Made by a program: the position numbers and the translations under genes. The notes under the pieces are model-generated. The model did no database searches, was not told the DNA's origin, and saw only the letters and a program-made list of their open reading frames with translations. This document shows positions 33,101 to 33,692 of a stretch of DNA of 33,692 nucleotides, one piece after another. Position 1 is the first letter of the stretch. Every line of letters begins with the position of its first letter. Origin of the DNA: Methanobacteriota archaeon (GTDB taxonomy: Archaea > Thermoplasmatota > Thermoplasmata > SG8-5 > DAIRED01); NCBI GenBank assembly GCA_043799545.1, contig JAZDNO010000018.1, forward strand, positions 1 through 33,692. The letters run 5' to 3'.

Positions 33101-33692
33101 ACCGGCATTGACCGAGTCCACCCCAGGGACGACGGTGATGTGGTGAAGCTCACCAATCACGACGGTCACTACTACCCACCCGCTTATCGTACCGTTGGTG
33201 GCAGTTACAGTGCCTGCACCAGGAGTTGTCAACGCCGTGAAATATCCGGTGGCATCAACCGTGCCAATGTTTGTGATCCAGATGAAGACAGCGCCGAAAA
33301 CCTCGTTGTTGAATTGATCGTACGCGGTTGCGCTGAATGCCATCGAGCCTCCCGTTGCCACGCTCGCCGGGTCAGGCATCACGACAATGTGGTCTACCGG
33401 CCCCGCGACGATGGTTACATCGGCATACGTAGTGATGAATCCGAAATTTACGGTGACTGCCCCAAATCCAGGCGTGGTCTGCGCAGTCAGCACACCAGTC
33501 GCGGATATCGAACCGACGTTCGTCCCCCAATCAAAGCTCATTCCCGTGATGACATTACCGTAGATATCACACCCGACAGCCGTGATTTGCTGTGCCTCGC
33601 CCACCCCGATTGTCACTGGGTTCGTCATTATCGCGATAGATGCCAGGGAACCCGTTGTAACAGTCACCGAAGCCGAACAACTCGCGGCGCCG
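30143..33692 (-). CDS. Large membrane-anchored surface protein with tandem ~83-aa Ig-like repeats (5' truncated by window edge)
   Basis: Frame stays open to base 33692; 11 repeats visible (consensus DHI.V.P...V.VG...F.A.AYD.YNN......F.W....G.ID..G.F.A); then a duplicated L..GWN(L/M)..P module, S/T/A-rich linker, C-terminal TM helix and RRR tail. Confidence 0.9.
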   Translation of the reverse strand, partial: GAASCSASVTVTTGSLASIAIMTNPVTIGVGEAQQITAVGCDIYGNVITGMSFDWGTNVGSISATGVLTAQTTPGFGAVTVNFGFITTYADVTIVAGPVDHIVVMPDPASVATGGSMAFSATAYDQFNNEVFGAVFIWITNIGTVDATGYFTALTTPGAGTVTATNGTISGWVVVTVVIGELHHITVVPGVDSVNAGSSKYFVAIGFDLYDNVITGLPFLWSTDVGLIDSLGMLIAQTTMGTGYVQASVGAVNGTANVSIIAGALDHIIITPDTVTVTVGAVQAFAATAYDRYDNVVTGTTFTWTTNVGVIDVAGFFTSQTVPNTGIVTARFGMVTGSATVNVVIGAVDHIVVTPTPVTTTVGDSVQFSATAYDAFNNPIPGVTFIWTTSIGSVDGTGYFTARTTPGMGVVRAASGLIDGIASVTIVSGQVDHIAVVPNPTTVAVGQYTGFIAVAYDSYNNVISGAIFSWSSNVGTIDSSGWFVCYVPVTGTVTASIGAVAGNATVNVVVGPLDHIVLTPNPVTVLVSTTLQFNAVGYDMYGNALTGIAFTWLVSMVGTITQGGLFTAQATPGFGGVTVTSGPIGDSATVIVVDAVDHIWVSPDPASVNVGQTMQFTAVAYDAMNEEISGLAFVWTTDVGAITSGGLLTAQTTPGSGIVIASFGLVTGQASATITVGPVSNIIISPNSVTLAVATSQQFAATAYDAFNNVVVGVGFVWTTCIGTVDSTGYFTAQTVAVSGFVRAANGTIFAEATVHLVPGALANIVVSPSPVNVIVSGAMQFAATGFDTYGNPISGVAFTWSTDAGSVDSAGWFNAQAFPGAGTVTATNGTFSGFASVNVINAVIDHIAVVPGTATVTVGGTLAFNAIAYDALNNVISGVLFVWTTDIGGVDASGHFTAQMATGAGTVTATNGSLSSSSAVTIAERSFDIDLVFGWNLISTPLVPSDTSVPVVLGSISGQWDRVMWYNTTDVADHWKQYYTVWPASFNDLQSIDCTMGFWLNALANTTLTVYGTLPTNMSLSLRTGWNMVGYPKTNDSTYTVANLKFDTGATTVEGFDALSEYRTRVLEDSYVLKRGQGYWIYTASDSNWAISNSRIDDVLDRSVGPPKVPLTHAVGAPSGTATAEAASHSADNLATVGGVKAIDKNGGWELVGGISSGMLFFVALAMLILALRTSRRRVRN

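Overview
Archaeal chromosomal window, most likely Thermoplasmatota. The evidence is L40e, S3Ae, RadB, archaeal TyrRS, an intron-containing tRNA-Met, GGTGA/GGAGG Shine-Dalgarno sites, and a RAD55-TPR-zinc-ribbon protein and GWN-module surface protein typical of Thermoplasmata. The window has two compositional zones. (1) Positions 1 to ~6500 are a strongly AT-rich island (roughly 25-35% GC by eye, not computed). It encodes a RiPP-like cluster: two radical SAM/SPASM enzymes (one cut by the left edge), a SelO-like pseudokinase, a tandem GNAT, a peptidase-less ABC exporter, a YkgJ-type Cys-cluster protein, and an unannotated 42-aa CxxC peptide ORF at the divergent promoter. (2) From ~6640 onward is GC-rich core genome (~60%). 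It carries hutI, the complete lower 'archaeal' (modified) mevalonate pathway (mvk, AMPD/UbiD, an LpdD-like prFMN chaperone, PMDh large and small subunits; then ipk, fni, GGPP synthase), a degenerate RAD55-like fusion divergent from radB, rpl40e, topA, rps3ae, tRNA-Met(CAT) with a 37-nt intron, a membrane-anchored FKBP, a GT4, thiDN, tyrS, an M48/YgjP hydrolase, porGDAB, and a large Ig-repeat surface protein cut by the right edge. The most striking unexplained non-coding signal is two tandem 48-50-nt tRNA-like mini-elements (acceptor stem and D-stem, no anticodon or T arm, with covarying hairpins) directly upstream of tRNA-Met. A densely structured ~230-nt region carrying repeats of the tRNA 3' end lies downstream of it. 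All calls are from motif reading only; no searches were run.
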